The position numbers and the translations under genes were made by a program. From assembly GCF_002075285.3 (NCBI RefSeq), contig NZ_CP021983.2:4380001-4412000 (forward strand): DNA of 32,000 nucleotides, read 5' to 3'. This document shows, piece by piece, positions 17,534-26,855 of the stretch (the stretch's first letter is position 1; each line of letters starts with the position of its first letter). Source of the DNA: Halomicronema hongdechloris C2206. Its GTDB lineage: Bacteria > Cyanobacteriota > Cyanobacteriia > Phormidesmidales > Phormidesmidaceae. The notes under the pieces were generated by a model that was given only the letters and a program-made list of their open reading frames with translations, was not told where the DNA came from and ran no database searches.

Positions 17534-18721
17534 ATGGCTACCCTTGGGCTAATTCTGGTTACCCTGTCGCTGTTAATCTGGCTAGGGCTGCTACTGGGCT
17601 GGGGGCAGTTCTGGCGGGCCGACCAGCGCCTACCCGAGCTGGCAGAACTGCCCGAGTTGCCTGACTATCCAGCAGTCTGCGCCATTATTCCGGCCCGCAA
17701 CGAAGCCGAGCTGCTGCCTACGACGATGCGATCGCTGCTGCAGCAAGTCTATCCCGGCCCTTTCAAAATCATCCTGATCGATGACCATAGTAGCGATAAC
17801 ACCACCGTTGTCGCCCGGCGTATGGCTGCCGAGTTAGAGGCCACAGAGCGACTCACTATTCTGAAGGGGCAACCCCTGCCCCCGGGCTGGAGTGGCAAAC
17901 TCTGGGCTATGGATCAAGGAGTTCGTCAGGCGCTGCAAGGCTCTGCCGCTCCCACGTATTTGCTCTTTACCGATGCCGACATCGACCACCATCGCCACAG
18001 TCTGCAGCAATTGGTGCGCTACGCCCACCGGCACGAGCTAGATCTCACCTCCCTAATGGTGCGGCTACGCTGCCAGAGCTTCTGGGAAAAGGCCCTGATC
18101 CCCGCCTTCGTCTTTTTCTTTCAGAAGCTTTACCCATTTCCCTGGGTCAATGATCCCAGCCGAGCCATGGCGGCGGCGGCAGGAGGCTGTATTTTGATTC
18201 GGCCTCGAGCCCTAGAGCGCATCGGCGGTCTGCAGAGGGTGTGTAATGCCCTGATTGATGACTGTGCCTTGGCCGCAGCCGTGAAGTTGACGGCGGCCCC
18301 CGGTCAAGGCCGCATCTGGCTGGGGCTCACCACTCAGATTCATAGTCTGCGTCCCTATCCTTCCCTACAGGCGATCTGGCAGATGGTGGCTCGCACCGCC
18401 TACACCCAGTTGCACTACTCTCCCCTATGGCTATTCGTCAGCCTGATAGGCATGACCCTAATCTATCTCGTGGCCCCCTTGGCGCTCCTTTGGGGCCTGT
18501 TCAGCAGCCACGGCATCCTGATGCTACTGGCCGCTATCACCTGGGGGGTAATGGCCTTGGCCTACCGGCCGACCCTGCGACTCTATCGACTCTCTCCCAT
18601 CTGGTCCTTGGCTCTACCGGCCATTGCCCTGCTGTATACCCTGATGACCCTAGACTCAGCCCGCCGTCACTGGCAGGGTCAAGGCGGGGCCTGGAAAGGC
18701 CGGGTATATTCTGGCTCCTGA
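17534..18721 (+). CDS. hpnB: Hopene-associated family-2 glycosyltransferase
   Basis: N-terminal TM, IIPARNEAELLP, ILIDDHSSDNT, PPGWSGKLWAMDQG, LLFTDADIDH (DxD), and C-terminal TM helices. Divergent from shc across an 80-nt gap. Confidence 0.75.
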   Translation: MATLGLILVTLSLLIWLGLLLGWGQFWRADQRLPELAELPELPDYPAVCAIIPARNEAELLPTTMRSLLQQVYPGPFKIILIDDHSSDNTTVVARRMAAELEATERLTILKGQPLPPGWSGKLWAMDQGVRQALQGSAAPTYLLFTDADIDHHRHSLQQLVRYAHRHELDLTSLMVRLRCQSFWEKALIPAFVFFFQKLYPFPWVNDPSRAMAAAAGGCILIRPRALERIGGLQRVCNALIDDCALAAAVKLTAAPGQGRIWLGLTTQIHSLRPYPSLQAIWQMVARTAYTQLHYSPLWLFVSLIGMTLIYLVAPLALLWGLFSSHGILMLLAAITWGVMALAYRPTLRLYRLSPIWSLALPAIALLYTLMTLDSARRHWQGQGGAWKGRVYSGS

Positions 18722-18768
18722 CCCTACTGCCTGAGGCCGATGGCGATCATTGAGGCCAGCTATGGACT

Positions 18769-19737
18769 CTAGCCCAACCAGCTCTGACTCACCTGGCTCA
18801 GCTGCTGCCATTCATCGGGGGTCATGGACCAGCCCAGCGCCCCGGCATTCTGGCTGGCCTGTTCACCCGTCTTGGCACCTGGAATCGGCAGCACATTGCC
18901 CTGGGTGATCAGCCAATTCAGGGCTACCTGGGCTGGGCTGCGCTGGTGGCGACGACCAATCTCCTGGAGCGTTTTCAACACCAACTCGATACGCACGAGC
19001 CCCTGGCGACTAAAGCGGGGATCGAGTCGACGGGCCCCTTTGGGAGGTTGATAGGTGTCACGGCTGTATTTACCGGTCAGCAGTCCTTGGGCTAAGGGAC
19101 TATAGGCTAGAATCGTTACCCCCAGCTGTCGCGCTAACTCGAGCACGCCATTGGTTTCGATCTGGCGATGCAGCAGTGAATACTGCACCTGATTCACCGC
19201 CAGGGGGATGTCCCACTGAGCTAAATAGTCGTGGGCTTGCTGCATTTGCTGGGCCGAATAGTTACTCACCCCCACGGCCAGGGCGCGACCTTGCTTCACC
19301 TCCGCCGCCAGGGCTTGCATCAGGGTCTGCTGCCCCATGAAGAAATCGAAGGGCCAATGAACCTGATAAAGCGCCACCGTGGGCAATTGCAGGCGCTTGA
19401 GGCTGGCCGTGAGGGCATCGGCTACGGCGGCGGTTCCCAATCGCCAGGGCAGGGGCAAATACTTGGTGGCCACTGCAACCGGGCGATCAGTGGTCTGTAA
19501 AAATCTGCCCAGCAGCTCCTCTGATTTGCCTAGTCCATAGACTTCTGCTGTGTCGAACAGTTGGATACCGGCATCGAGGGAGGCCTGAAACGCAGCCTGT
19601 ACCTGCTCGGTGCCGTAGTCCTTGCCATAACTCCAGAACAGAGAATCCCCCCAAGACCAGGTGCCGACCCCCAGGGCTGGCACTACAGGCCCCTTAGGCC
19701 CCAACTGCAGTGTCTGCACTGCTGTCTCTATGCTCAT
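18769..19737 (-). CDS. Aldo/keto reductase
   Basis: GVGTWSWGD, FDTAEVYG (catalytic Asp/Tyr region), VATKY (Lys), LYQVHWP (His), PIPGAKT. Confidence 0.85.
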   Translation of the reverse strand: MSIETAVQTLQLGPKGPVVPALGVGTWSWGDSLFWSYGKDYGTEQVQAAFQASLDAGIQLFDTAEVYGLGKSEELLGRFLQTTDRPVAVATKYLPLPWRLGTAAVADALTASLKRLQLPTVALYQVHWPFDFFMGQQTLMQALAAEVKQGRALAVGVSNYSAQQMQQAHDYLAQWDIPLAVNQVQYSLLHRQIETNGVLELARQLGVTILAYSPLAQGLLTGKYSRDTYQPPKGARRLDPRFSRQGLVRIELVLKTLQEIGRRHQRSPAQVALNWLITQGNVLPIPGAKTGEQASQNAGALGWSMTPDEWQQLSQVSQSWLG

Positions 19738-19949
19738 GGATTACGCTCCTACTGCCTATGAACAACCATCCTGTCAAACGGCAACCAGAGGAGTCCCACC
19801 CCGGCGATGGCAGGGGAATGCGGGCTATCCTCTTGCCTAGCTATAGGGTACGTTAAAAAACGTTACAATGCCGGGGATGGCCCATCCAGATGATTTGGCG
19901 TCTCTATCTCTACCGATCTGAACGGCTCTACAAGGGATATTGAGGCAGG

Positions 19950-20228
19950 TTACGGGCCGGAAAAGATCGCCTCATTTAAGTCTTGGCGGCTGAGGGAATA
20001 TTTGAAGACGCGTTGAATGTCGCGACCGTCTTCCCCGGCTGCGATGTAGCAGACCACGATGGAGTCGATCTCCAGCACCAGATCAGCCTGCCAATCATCC
20101 CGCTTGATATGCCAGCAATGGCAGGCCGATTCATCTTGCTGGCAGCCCTGTTCCCGTAACCATTGCTCGATGTCGGGCAAGGGGTGGTTATAGAGGGGAG
20201 TATCAGCCGAGGGAAAGTTCATGGGCAA
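19950..20228 (-). CDS. DUF3143-like small protein (cyanobacteria/plastid lineage)
   Basis: PLYNHPLPDIEQWLREQGC...W...DWQA.L pattern recalled for DUF3143. Last gene of a tight minus-strand operon. Confidence 0.55.
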   Translation of the reverse strand: MPMNFPSADTPLYNHPLPDIEQWLREQGCQQDESACHCWHIKRDDWQADLVLEIDSIVVCYIAAGEDGRDIQRVFKYSLSRQDLNEAIFSGP

Positions 20229-20263
20229 GAGATGTATAGGTAACCGATGGACAGTTCAGGCCC

Positions 20264-20923
20264 TTACAACCAGCGGGGAGACACCGACCTCATATCAGGC
20301 CGGGATGGAGGCCTGGGAATATCCGACTCGAGATCAGTGCCCTCAGATGCAGCTCCTTCAGATGCAGTCGGTGGGGGAGATGGGGAAGCTTCGGGTTGCT
20401 CTGGAGAGGCCTGTCGCTGGGGCGGAGCTGCCGCTTCTGGATGGGTTATCTCTGGGCCGGCCGGGGGAGAGAAGGGAGTAAACGCAATTTCCCCCTGGGT
20501 AACGCCAATGGCCACCACCAGCACCAGGCAGGCCACAAAAGTCACTCCCAGGATGAACAGGGCAAACACTTCCCCGGCAGACAGGGGCCGATCGGTGGGC
20601 TCTAAGTAGGCACTTTTAGAATAGGCGGGCGGCCGCTGACTAACGGGTTTATTGAGGTGGGCGGGGGCTTGCATCACTGGCAGCCGAGAATAACCGACTT
20701 TTTGATCGTAGGCCAGCCGACGCTCTGGGCTACTGAGGGTGGCGTAGGCCTCATTCAGACGCTGAAATTTCTCCGTAGCCACGGTGGCTGGCAGGGCGGT
20801 GGTGTCGGGATGATAGAGCTTGCTCAGATCGCGATAGGCACGACGAATATCCTGCACGGAAGCGGTTGACTTCACGCCCAGGGTGTCGTAGTAGGTCTTG
20901 GGAGCTGGAACTGGCTGCGGCAT
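20264..20923 (-). CDS. DnaJ (J-domain) protein with a C-terminal TM helix and a Pro/Ala/Ser-rich tail
   Basis: J-domain YYDTLGVKSTASVQDIRRAYRDLSKLYHPDTT (HPD tripeptide). TM segment VFALFILGVTFVACLVLVVAIGV. Confidence 0.8.
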   Translation of the reverse strand: MPQPVPAPKTYYDTLGVKSTASVQDIRRAYRDLSKLYHPDTTALPATVATEKFQRLNEAYATLSSPERRLAYDQKVGYSRLPVMQAPAHLNKPVSQRPPAYSKSAYLEPTDRPLSAGEVFALFILGVTFVACLVLVVAIGVTQGEIAFTPFSPPAGPEITHPEAAAPPQRQASPEQPEASPSPPPTASEGAASEGTDLESDIPRPPSRPDMRSVSPRWL

Positions 20924-20939
20924 CCTCTTATCTGTGAGG

Positions 20940-21815
20940 TCAGCAGGAAGCTGGCTCTAACTCCTGAGACCGAGTCAGGCGAATTTGAGCCAGGGCAAAG
21001 ACAACTGGAATGATGCGGCCGTAGTTGGTTGCGATCGCACGCCACCCCAAATCTGCTGCGAACCAAGCCCACAGGGCTGGCCCCAGAAACGCCAGCAGTG
21101 TCCGAGCCGCGCCATAGCGAGCCGCATTCACCGCCATGCCGCGGGAGGCTAGCTGCAATGCCGCCCGACTCTGCACCTGATTAGCCACTGTCAAACCACC
21201 CTGCACCAGGGCCTGCTTCGCCACTTGATACTGAGCAAAGTGGATGGCAAACTGTCGAGCCAGTTGCTGCAACAACCAGGGGCGCAACACCGAACTCACC
21301 GCTAAGGCACTACTGCCCTTCACTAACAACCCCATAGGATTGCGCTGCAATGGCAAGGGTAGGGCCTGAAATTGCTGGGAATTCCCCAATTCTTGACGCA
21401 TCCGTCGCTGCAGCACCGCCTTCTCCTGGGGCGACAAGCGTTCCCAAGTGCGCTCCATGCCATGGAGAAACACTTCCGCCTCTAAATCAGCCGTGGATAG
21501 GCTCTGATCATAGGACACCTGGAGATGACGGCAAACCTGTAGCAGGATTTGACGATAGCTAAGCTGATGGCTGCGGCGACGCAATGTCGTCACCCCATCC
21601 GCCGCTAAGAAACGAAACCGTTCCTCCAATAACGCCATCTGCTCCTGGCGCGAGCAACTCTGCACCGCCAGCGGATTAGGGGTGTAGACATAGTCCAAGG
21701 GATTGAATTTCGGCCGAAAGAGGAGGTCGATCAAGGCCTTCAATTCATCGTCCGTCGCTAATTCCAGGGCAGCTCTCAATTCATCCACATCGCTTACCAT
21801 CGGGCGCGTCGGCAT
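20940..21815 (-). CDS. YaaW/UPF0174-like conserved protein
   Basis: N-terminal LRAALELATDDELKALIDLLF. Central SYRQILLQVCRHLQVSY...STADLEAEVFLHGMERTWERLSPQEK resembles E. coli YaaW as I recall it. The ATG at 21815 is chosen because the longer listed ORF (to 21995) would overlap the upstream gene by 157 nt. Confidence 0.55.
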   Translation of the reverse strand: MPTRPMVSDVDELRAALELATDDELKALIDLLFRPKFNPLDYVYTPNPLAVQSCSRQEQMALLEERFRFLAADGVTTLRRRSHQLSYRQILLQVCRHLQVSYDQSLSTADLEAEVFLHGMERTWERLSPQEKAVLQRRMRQELGNSQQFQALPLPLQRNPMGLLVKGSSALAVSSVLRPWLLQQLARQFAIHFAQYQVAKQALVQGGLTVANQVQSRAALQLASRGMAVNAARYGAARTLLAFLGPALWAWFAADLGWRAIATNYGRIIPVVFALAQIRLTRSQELEPASC

Positions 21816-21838
21816 GCTGTCCCTTATTTTGACACACT

Positions 21839-23236
21839 TTATCCAGGGGAGTGGCCATCCCCCTTCCCTGGGCCCACTGCCGCTGCCGATCGCCGCGTCA
21901 GCCAATCCGCCGCCCATTCCAGCGCGGCCTGGGCAGTATCGATCTGCCCCCGAGCCTGGGCCAATTGCAACGCCTCCAGCAGTTGACCAATACAAGGGCC
22001 AGGCTGCAATTGCAGGGCTTGCATCAAATCACGCCCCGTCAGCAGCGGCTTGGGATGGGCCACAGGATCACTGGGGTCTACATAACGATGCATCAACGGG
22101 GCCATAGTCTCCATCGGCACTCCCCGAGCCAAGGCGACGATAGCCGTCCCCGGAAAACTCGCCCCGACCCCCTTAAAGAAGTAATATTGCTGCCCTGGAG
22201 ACAGTCCCTGGACCAACATCTCAGTTAACAGATGCCAGCCTTTAAGAATAGCCACCACCGCCTGCTGCTCCACCCGACTATACTTGAGGCGCCGTAAATT
22301 TTCCTCCGCCATGGCCGGTTCTGGCAGCAGGAGTTGGCTGAGCTTAGCAGCCTTGAACCAACTGCGATGGAGCCCGGGTACCGTCTGTTCTCGCAGCCAT
22401 CCCATTAGTATCTGACCATAGAGAGGCCAGGTCTGCTGCAGGTGCTGGGCCGTCCGATCGATGGCATCAACGATTCTTAATCCGGTTTCACTACTCCCAG
22501 GCAACCAATAGCGCACCAGGCCATCTTGCCAAGCCATCTGCAATAGCGGCGTGCCGGCAGCAGAACTCAACAGACAATCCAGTTCCCCTCGCACTCGCTC
22601 CGCCGCCACCTGTTTGATTAAGGGAGCCAATTGGCGAATGGTCTCCTGAGTATCTGGATCCAGAGCAAATCCTAATTGAGCTGCCTGGCGATAGGCCCGC
22701 AGTAAGCGCAAGGGATCATCTTTTAGATTTTCCGGGGCAATCATCCGCAGACTAAGCTGCTGCAGATCGCCATAGCCCCCTAGGGGATCGAGCAGGGCCT
22801 CGCTGTGGGGATGATAGGCAATGGCATTGACGGTAAAGTCGCGCCGATGTAAGTCAGTGATCAGCGTCGGCCCCACCTGCTGGGCAAAATCGACGGTGGC
22901 GTTGTCAAACACCACCCGGGCAATCTGATGCTTGGCATCAAGCACCACGAACCCCGCTTGATAGTGCCGGGCAATCGTTTCAGCTGTAGCCACTGCATTT
23001 GCGGATAAGACAAAGTCTAAGTCTAAATAATCGGCTTGACGCCCCAATAAAGCATCCCGCACACTACCACCGACCAGATGGGCAGACTCCGGCAGCAGAG
23101 ACAGCTCAAAGGGCCAAGTCTTGGGAGAAAGGGCCGAAGCGGTCAAGGTAAGAGGAGACTGAGGCAATACGTACTTCAACGAACTCTTATAGTCAACGGT
23201 AGAACAGTCACTGGCATCTGTGCCGCAGGCGGACAA
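21839..23236 (-). CDS. CCA-adding tRNA nucleotidyltransferase / poly(A) polymerase family protein
   Basis: Pol-beta nucleotidyltransferase head LVGGSVRDALLGRQADYLDLDFVL, followed by RRDFTVNAIAY and DPLRLLRAYRQAAQLGF. The start is uncertain (the listed start at 23236 is a TTG). Confidence 0.8.
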   Translation of the reverse strand: MSACGTDASDCSTVDYKSSLKYVLPQSPLTLTASALSPKTWPFELSLLPESAHLVGGSVRDALLGRQADYLDLDFVLSANAVATAETIARHYQAGFVVLDAKHQIARVVFDNATVDFAQQVGPTLITDLHRRDFTVNAIAYHPHSEALLDPLGGYGDLQQLSLRMIAPENLKDDPLRLLRAYRQAAQLGFALDPDTQETIRQLAPLIKQVAAERVRGELDCLLSSAAGTPLLQMAWQDGLVRYWLPGSSETGLRIVDAIDRTAQHLQQTWPLYGQILMGWLREQTVPGLHRSWFKAAKLSQLLLPEPAMAEENLRRLKYSRVEQQAVVAILKGWHLLTEMLVQGLSPGQQYYFFKGVGASFPGTAIVALARGVPMETMAPLMHRYVDPSDPVAHPKPLLTGRDLMQALQLQPGPCIGQLLEALQLAQARGQIDTAQAALEWAADWLTRRSAAAVGPGKGDGHSPG

Positions 23237-23303
23237 AAATGGCCCTCAGGGAACACGGCAGCTAGTCCCCCTGTGTCAACAGTCTGAGCCAATTTCTGCA
23301 TCC

Positions 23304-23333
23304 CTTGAACCTAATGGGCTTGAACCTAATGAG
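23304..23333 (+). repeat. 15-bp tandem duplication CTTGAACCTAATGRG x2
   Basis: Read directly: 23304-23318 and 23319-23333 differ at one base. Lies in the intergenic region upstream of ycf34. Confidence 0.85.
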
Positions 23334-23599
23334 TTGGAGGCGCTGGGAAAGAGGTGGTTTTTCATTTTGCTACGGGGGCCTGGGCCGTTTCGAGAGACTT
23401 GAGCTAGAGTAGCAAGAAAGCATCTCCTAGCGACGCCAGCGACAGCGCTGGTTAGATTGTTTAGGGCAGTTAGCATCGATTTAGACTAGGGAGCGACCTA
23501 GCATACCATCACCCAAAGTGCTATGGCGATTGCGGGGAATCGTCATGCCATCTCAATGTCCTCTGGGACAACAGAGCCGTCGGTCAAGGAATATTCGCC

Positions 23600-23848
23600 A
23601 TGTGCATTTGCGTCAATTGCCATTACGTCGATCGCTGCATCACCTACCACGCGGTTGAGACGCAACATCAGCAGCCTCACCTCACCGAGGCCCCAGACTT
23701 TGAGGCTATCGAACCCACTATCAACGTCAACATTCGCCATCGTGGCGAGGACATTGAGATGGAGTGGGATGTTGTCGGCTGCGACAGTTTCACTGAGGAA
23801 ATGGGTAAATGGTCCAAGCTGCGACCGGGTGAGTTGGTTCCCACCTAG
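23600..23848 (+). CDS. ycf34: Ycf34 (small Cys-rich iron-sulfur protein)
   Basis: MCICVNCHYVDRCITYH...VVGCDSF is the characteristic Ycf34 N-terminal Cys motif. 82 aa. Confidence 0.8.
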   Translation: MCICVNCHYVDRCITYHAVETQHQQPHLTEAPDFEAIEPTINVNIRHRGEDIEMEWDVVGCDSFTEEMGKWSKLRPGELVPT

Positions 23849-23856
23849 GCTCTATT

Positions 23857-25755
23857 TTGACCACCCTCTGCCTCAATATCCATTGTCCTCAACCCCAAAA
23901 TCCAGAGACGGGACGGTTTTGCCGGGCCTGTGGCCACCCCCTAGAGTTAGGGGATCGCTATCGTCCCATTGAGTGCATTGGGCAGGGGGGATTCGGGCGG
24001 ACTTTGCTGGCCCTAGACCAGGCCCAGACCCCTCCCCAGCATTGTGTGATTAAGCAATTACTGCCGGCCTCGGGGGGGGTGGACGTGCGCGTTCTCGCGG
24101 GGCCTCCCCCTGATCTTTCCCGGCGCTTTCGCCATGAGGTCGCCCAATTGCAACAGTTGGGTCAACATCCTCAGATCCCAGCCTTGTTAGATTTCTTCGA
24201 CTTGGCCACGGGACAATTTTTGGTACAGGACTATATTGAGGGTCGCCACCTAGACCAGGTGCTAGCCCAAGCGGGAGCCTTTCGGGAACGGCAGGTGCGG
24301 CGCCTATTAGCAGACATCTTGCCGGTATTGCAGCATATCCACCAACACCAGATCATCCATCGAGATATTAAGCCAACCAACCTGATTGCGCCCCGCTCCG
24401 GTGGCCCGATAGTCCTGGTGGATTTCGGGGCCTCTAAGTATGCCAGCGATGCTGCCCAGGGGGAGCGCACGGGCACGGTCATCGGCAGTGCCGCCTATGT
24501 GGCCCCAGAACAGGCGCTGGGGAAGGCAGTCTTCGCCAGCGATCTCTACAGTCTTGGGGTTACCTGCATTCACCTGCTGACCGGACTGCATCCCTTTGAA
24601 CTCTACTCAGTCAGCGAAGGGCGGTGGCACTGGCGCACCTATGTGCAGTCGCCTGTCAGCCTCAAATTAGCCAGAATTTTAGATCGGATGCTGGCCCGGG
24701 GTCTGCGGGAACGCTATGCCACCGCCGCTGCCGTGTTGGCAGATCTAGACCGCAGTCCGCAACCTTCTCTACCAGGGCAGCGCCAGTCCTCTACCTCTGT
24801 CCAGGTGTCTGGCTCGCAGCCGTCTGGGCGGGATGTTGTTTCTCTGGCTGTCTCTTGTCGCACCTTGACGGTCCCCAGTGGGGTGGTGATCAACACCCTA
24901 GCAGTCAGCCCCCAGCAGCGGCTCATGGTCACGGGGGCTGCTAATCAGACTGTCCAGCTTTGGGATCTGGATCAGGGAGAGAGTTGGTATCGCTTTGGCA
25001 AACGGTTGGGGCCGTTTGGGGAGGGGCATCGGGATGCGGTCACGGCCGTGCTGTTTCATCCTGATGGCAATAGTGTCTTCAGCGGCAGCCAAGATGGAGT
25101 CATTAAGTGGTGGGACCTAGCCAGTGGCGACCTGATCGAAACCTTACCCCAGATTGATTGGGGGCCCATGGTCTTGACCATTACCCCTGATGGTCGTTGG
25201 CTGATCAGTGCCGCCGGAGAGGGCAAAATCCATCTATGGGATTTAGTAGCCCATCGCCAGGGGGCCACCCTGACCCACCACCGAGATCGGGTCAATGCCC
25301 TCACCTTGGCCGCCCAGGATCAGCTGATCAGCAGCGGCGAGGATGGCACCATCCGCCTCTGGCAACTGCCCCAAGGATGGCTATTGCGCACGCTGACAGT
25401 GGATCAGGCGGTGACTAGCTTGGCCGCCAACGCCAACCGGCGGGTTTTGTTCAGCGGTAATCACACCGGGCAGTTGCAGACCTGGCAGTTGCAGACCTGG
25501 GTGCCCCAGCTCCTGGGAGAGCACCGGGATACGGTTACGACTCTGAGTTTGAGTCCCAATGGCCACTGGCTGGCCAGCGGCAGTGGCGATGGCACGCTGT
25601 TTGTCTGGGCGGCTGCCACGAAGCAGCGTGTGGCCACTCTGCGCCATGACTGGGCCGTACGAGCAGCCGTATTTGCCCCTGACAATCGCACCCTGATCAG
25701 CAGCAGTGCCGACGAAACGGTGCGGATCTGGTGTTTGCCGGCCGAGAGCCCTTAA
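23857..25755 (+). CDS. Ser/Thr protein kinase with an N-terminal zinc ribbon and C-terminal WD40 repeats
   Basis: CLNIHCPQPQNPETGRFCRACG; kinase motifs GQGGFGRT, HRDIKPTNL, VDFGASK, YVAPEQ; about 7 WD-like repeats (VQLWDL, IKWWDL, IHLWDL, IRLWQL, LFVWAA, VRIWCL). TTG start 8 nt after the ycf34 stop. Confidence 0.85.
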   Translation: MTTLCLNIHCPQPQNPETGRFCRACGHPLELGDRYRPIECIGQGGFGRTLLALDQAQTPPQHCVIKQLLPASGGVDVRVLAGPPPDLSRRFRHEVAQLQQLGQHPQIPALLDFFDLATGQFLVQDYIEGRHLDQVLAQAGAFRERQVRRLLADILPVLQHIHQHQIIHRDIKPTNLIAPRSGGPIVLVDFGASKYASDAAQGERTGTVIGSAAYVAPEQALGKAVFASDLYSLGVTCIHLLTGLHPFELYSVSEGRWHWRTYVQSPVSLKLARILDRMLARGLRERYATAAAVLADLDRSPQPSLPGQRQSSTSVQVSGSQPSGRDVVSLAVSCRTLTVPSGVVINTLAVSPQQRLMVTGAANQTVQLWDLDQGESWYRFGKRLGPFGEGHRDAVTAVLFHPDGNSVFSGSQDGVIKWWDLASGDLIETLPQIDWGPMVLTITPDGRWLISAAGEGKIHLWDLVAHRQGATLTHHRDRVNALTLAAQDQLISSGEDGTIRLWQLPQGWLLRTLTVDQAVTSLAANANRRVLFSGNHTGQLQTWQLQTWVPQLLGEHRDTVTTLSLSPNGHWLASGSGDGTLFVWAAATKQRVATLRHDWAVRAAVFAPDNRTLISSSADETVRIWCLPAESP

Positions 25756-25874
25756 CACCCTTGTATTAGTTAGATAGTCTCTAGGGGCTTTCCAGGGGCG
25801 GCATTCAGTCGTGTCGCAGGCTGGAGAGATCCGATAGACTGCCAAGTAAGAGGCCCCTTCACCGAGATCCCCCT

Positions 25875-26666
25875 ATGGTCCAGAGCAACTATCCTCAACC
25901 CCCCTCCGAAACGCTTCCCACCATGTATGATCTGCCCAGCGAAGATCCGGAGGAGCCAGGCTTGCCCGATGAATTTCATCTGCTGCAGCCCCAGCTTTTG
26001 CGGGACACCTGTCGTCCCGCCACCTACGATCTATACGATCTAAATGAGGTCTTTATCGGTACTGATCTCAACCTCTACTACGAGGTGCGGCATCCCCGCT
26101 GGTATAAGCGTCCCGATTGGTTCCTGGTCCTGGGAGTGCGCCGAGCCCGGCAGCAAACCGATCTGCGTTGGAGCTATGTCATTTGGCAGGAAGGGGTTGC
26201 TCCCTTTTTAGCCATTGAGCTGCTGTCTCCAGGCACAGAGGCGGATGATTTGGGGCAAAGCCTGCGGGAGGTAAACCAACCCCCTAGTAAGTGGCAGGTT
26301 TACGAGCAGATTTTGCGTATTCCCTATTACGGGGTGTTCGATCGCTACCAGAACCGATTTCAACTCTTTGAGCTGCAGGGGGTGCGCTATGAGGCAGTGC
26401 CGTTGCCAGAGGCGCGGTTTTGGTTTGAGCCTTTGGGGTTAGGGTTAGGGGTATGGCAAGGGGATTACCAAGGCACGACCGGAGCCTGGCTGCGATGGTA
26501 CGATGCTGAGCATCACTGGCTGCCAACGCCCGAGGAGCAGGCGGAGCAGGAACGGCAGCGGGCAGAGCAGGAACGGCAGCGGGCGGAGCAAGAACGACAG
26601 CGGGCAGAGCGGCTGGAGGCCCGGCTGCGGGCCTTGGGGATCGACCCCGATGGTCTTGATGGCTAA
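25875..26666 (+). CDS. Uma2 (DUF820) family putative endonuclease with a coiled-coil tail
   Basis: LPTMYDLPSEDPEEPGLPDEFH...LAIELLSPGT...YYGVFDRY..., then an (AEQERQR)x3 tail ending RLEARLRALGIDPD. This is the typical cyanobacterial Uma2 layout. Confidence 0.8.
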   Translation: MVQSNYPQPPSETLPTMYDLPSEDPEEPGLPDEFHLLQPQLLRDTCRPATYDLYDLNEVFIGTDLNLYYEVRHPRWYKRPDWFLVLGVRRARQQTDLRWSYVIWQEGVAPFLAIELLSPGTEADDLGQSLREVNQPPSKWQVYEQILRIPYYGVFDRYQNRFQLFELQGVRYEAVPLPEARFWFEPLGLGLGVWQGDYQGTTGAWLRWYDAEHHWLPTPEEQAEQERQRAEQERQRAEQERQRAERLEARLRALGIDPDGLDG

Positions 26667-26855
26667 CCGGGGCTGGAACCATAGGCGCGATCGCATCCCC
26701 CAGCCTCTGTTAACCCATGAGGCAGCCCGTTAATCATCGATTAGGCTGCAGCCTGCAAACACCAGGAGTATGCCATCACGCCTCAGGCATATTGCAGATG
26801 ACAGTCATTGATGTGGCAACCCTGCTAGGGCAATTGGGGGAGAAGGGGCAGGTGG

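Noticed and set aside
19848-19872. NtcA-like GTA...TAC box followed by TACAAT (GTACGTTAAAAAACGTTACAAT).
   Set aside because: The spacing between GTA and TAC is 13 nt, not the canonical 8. The TACAAT is on the plus strand, whereas both flanking genes are on the minus strand.
21816-21995. N-terminal extension of the YaaW-like ORF (listed as 20940..21995).
   Set aside because: The extension would overlap the 3' end of the upstream gene by 157 nt and translates to Gly/Ala/Pro-rich filler. The ATG at 21815 gives a sensible 23-nt spacer and a conserved-looking N-terminus.
26541-26603. 21-bp x3 tandem DNA repeat.
   Set aside because: It is in frame inside the Uma2 gene and encodes the (AEQERQR)x3 coiled-coil tail common in this family. 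It is a coding repeat, not an independent element.
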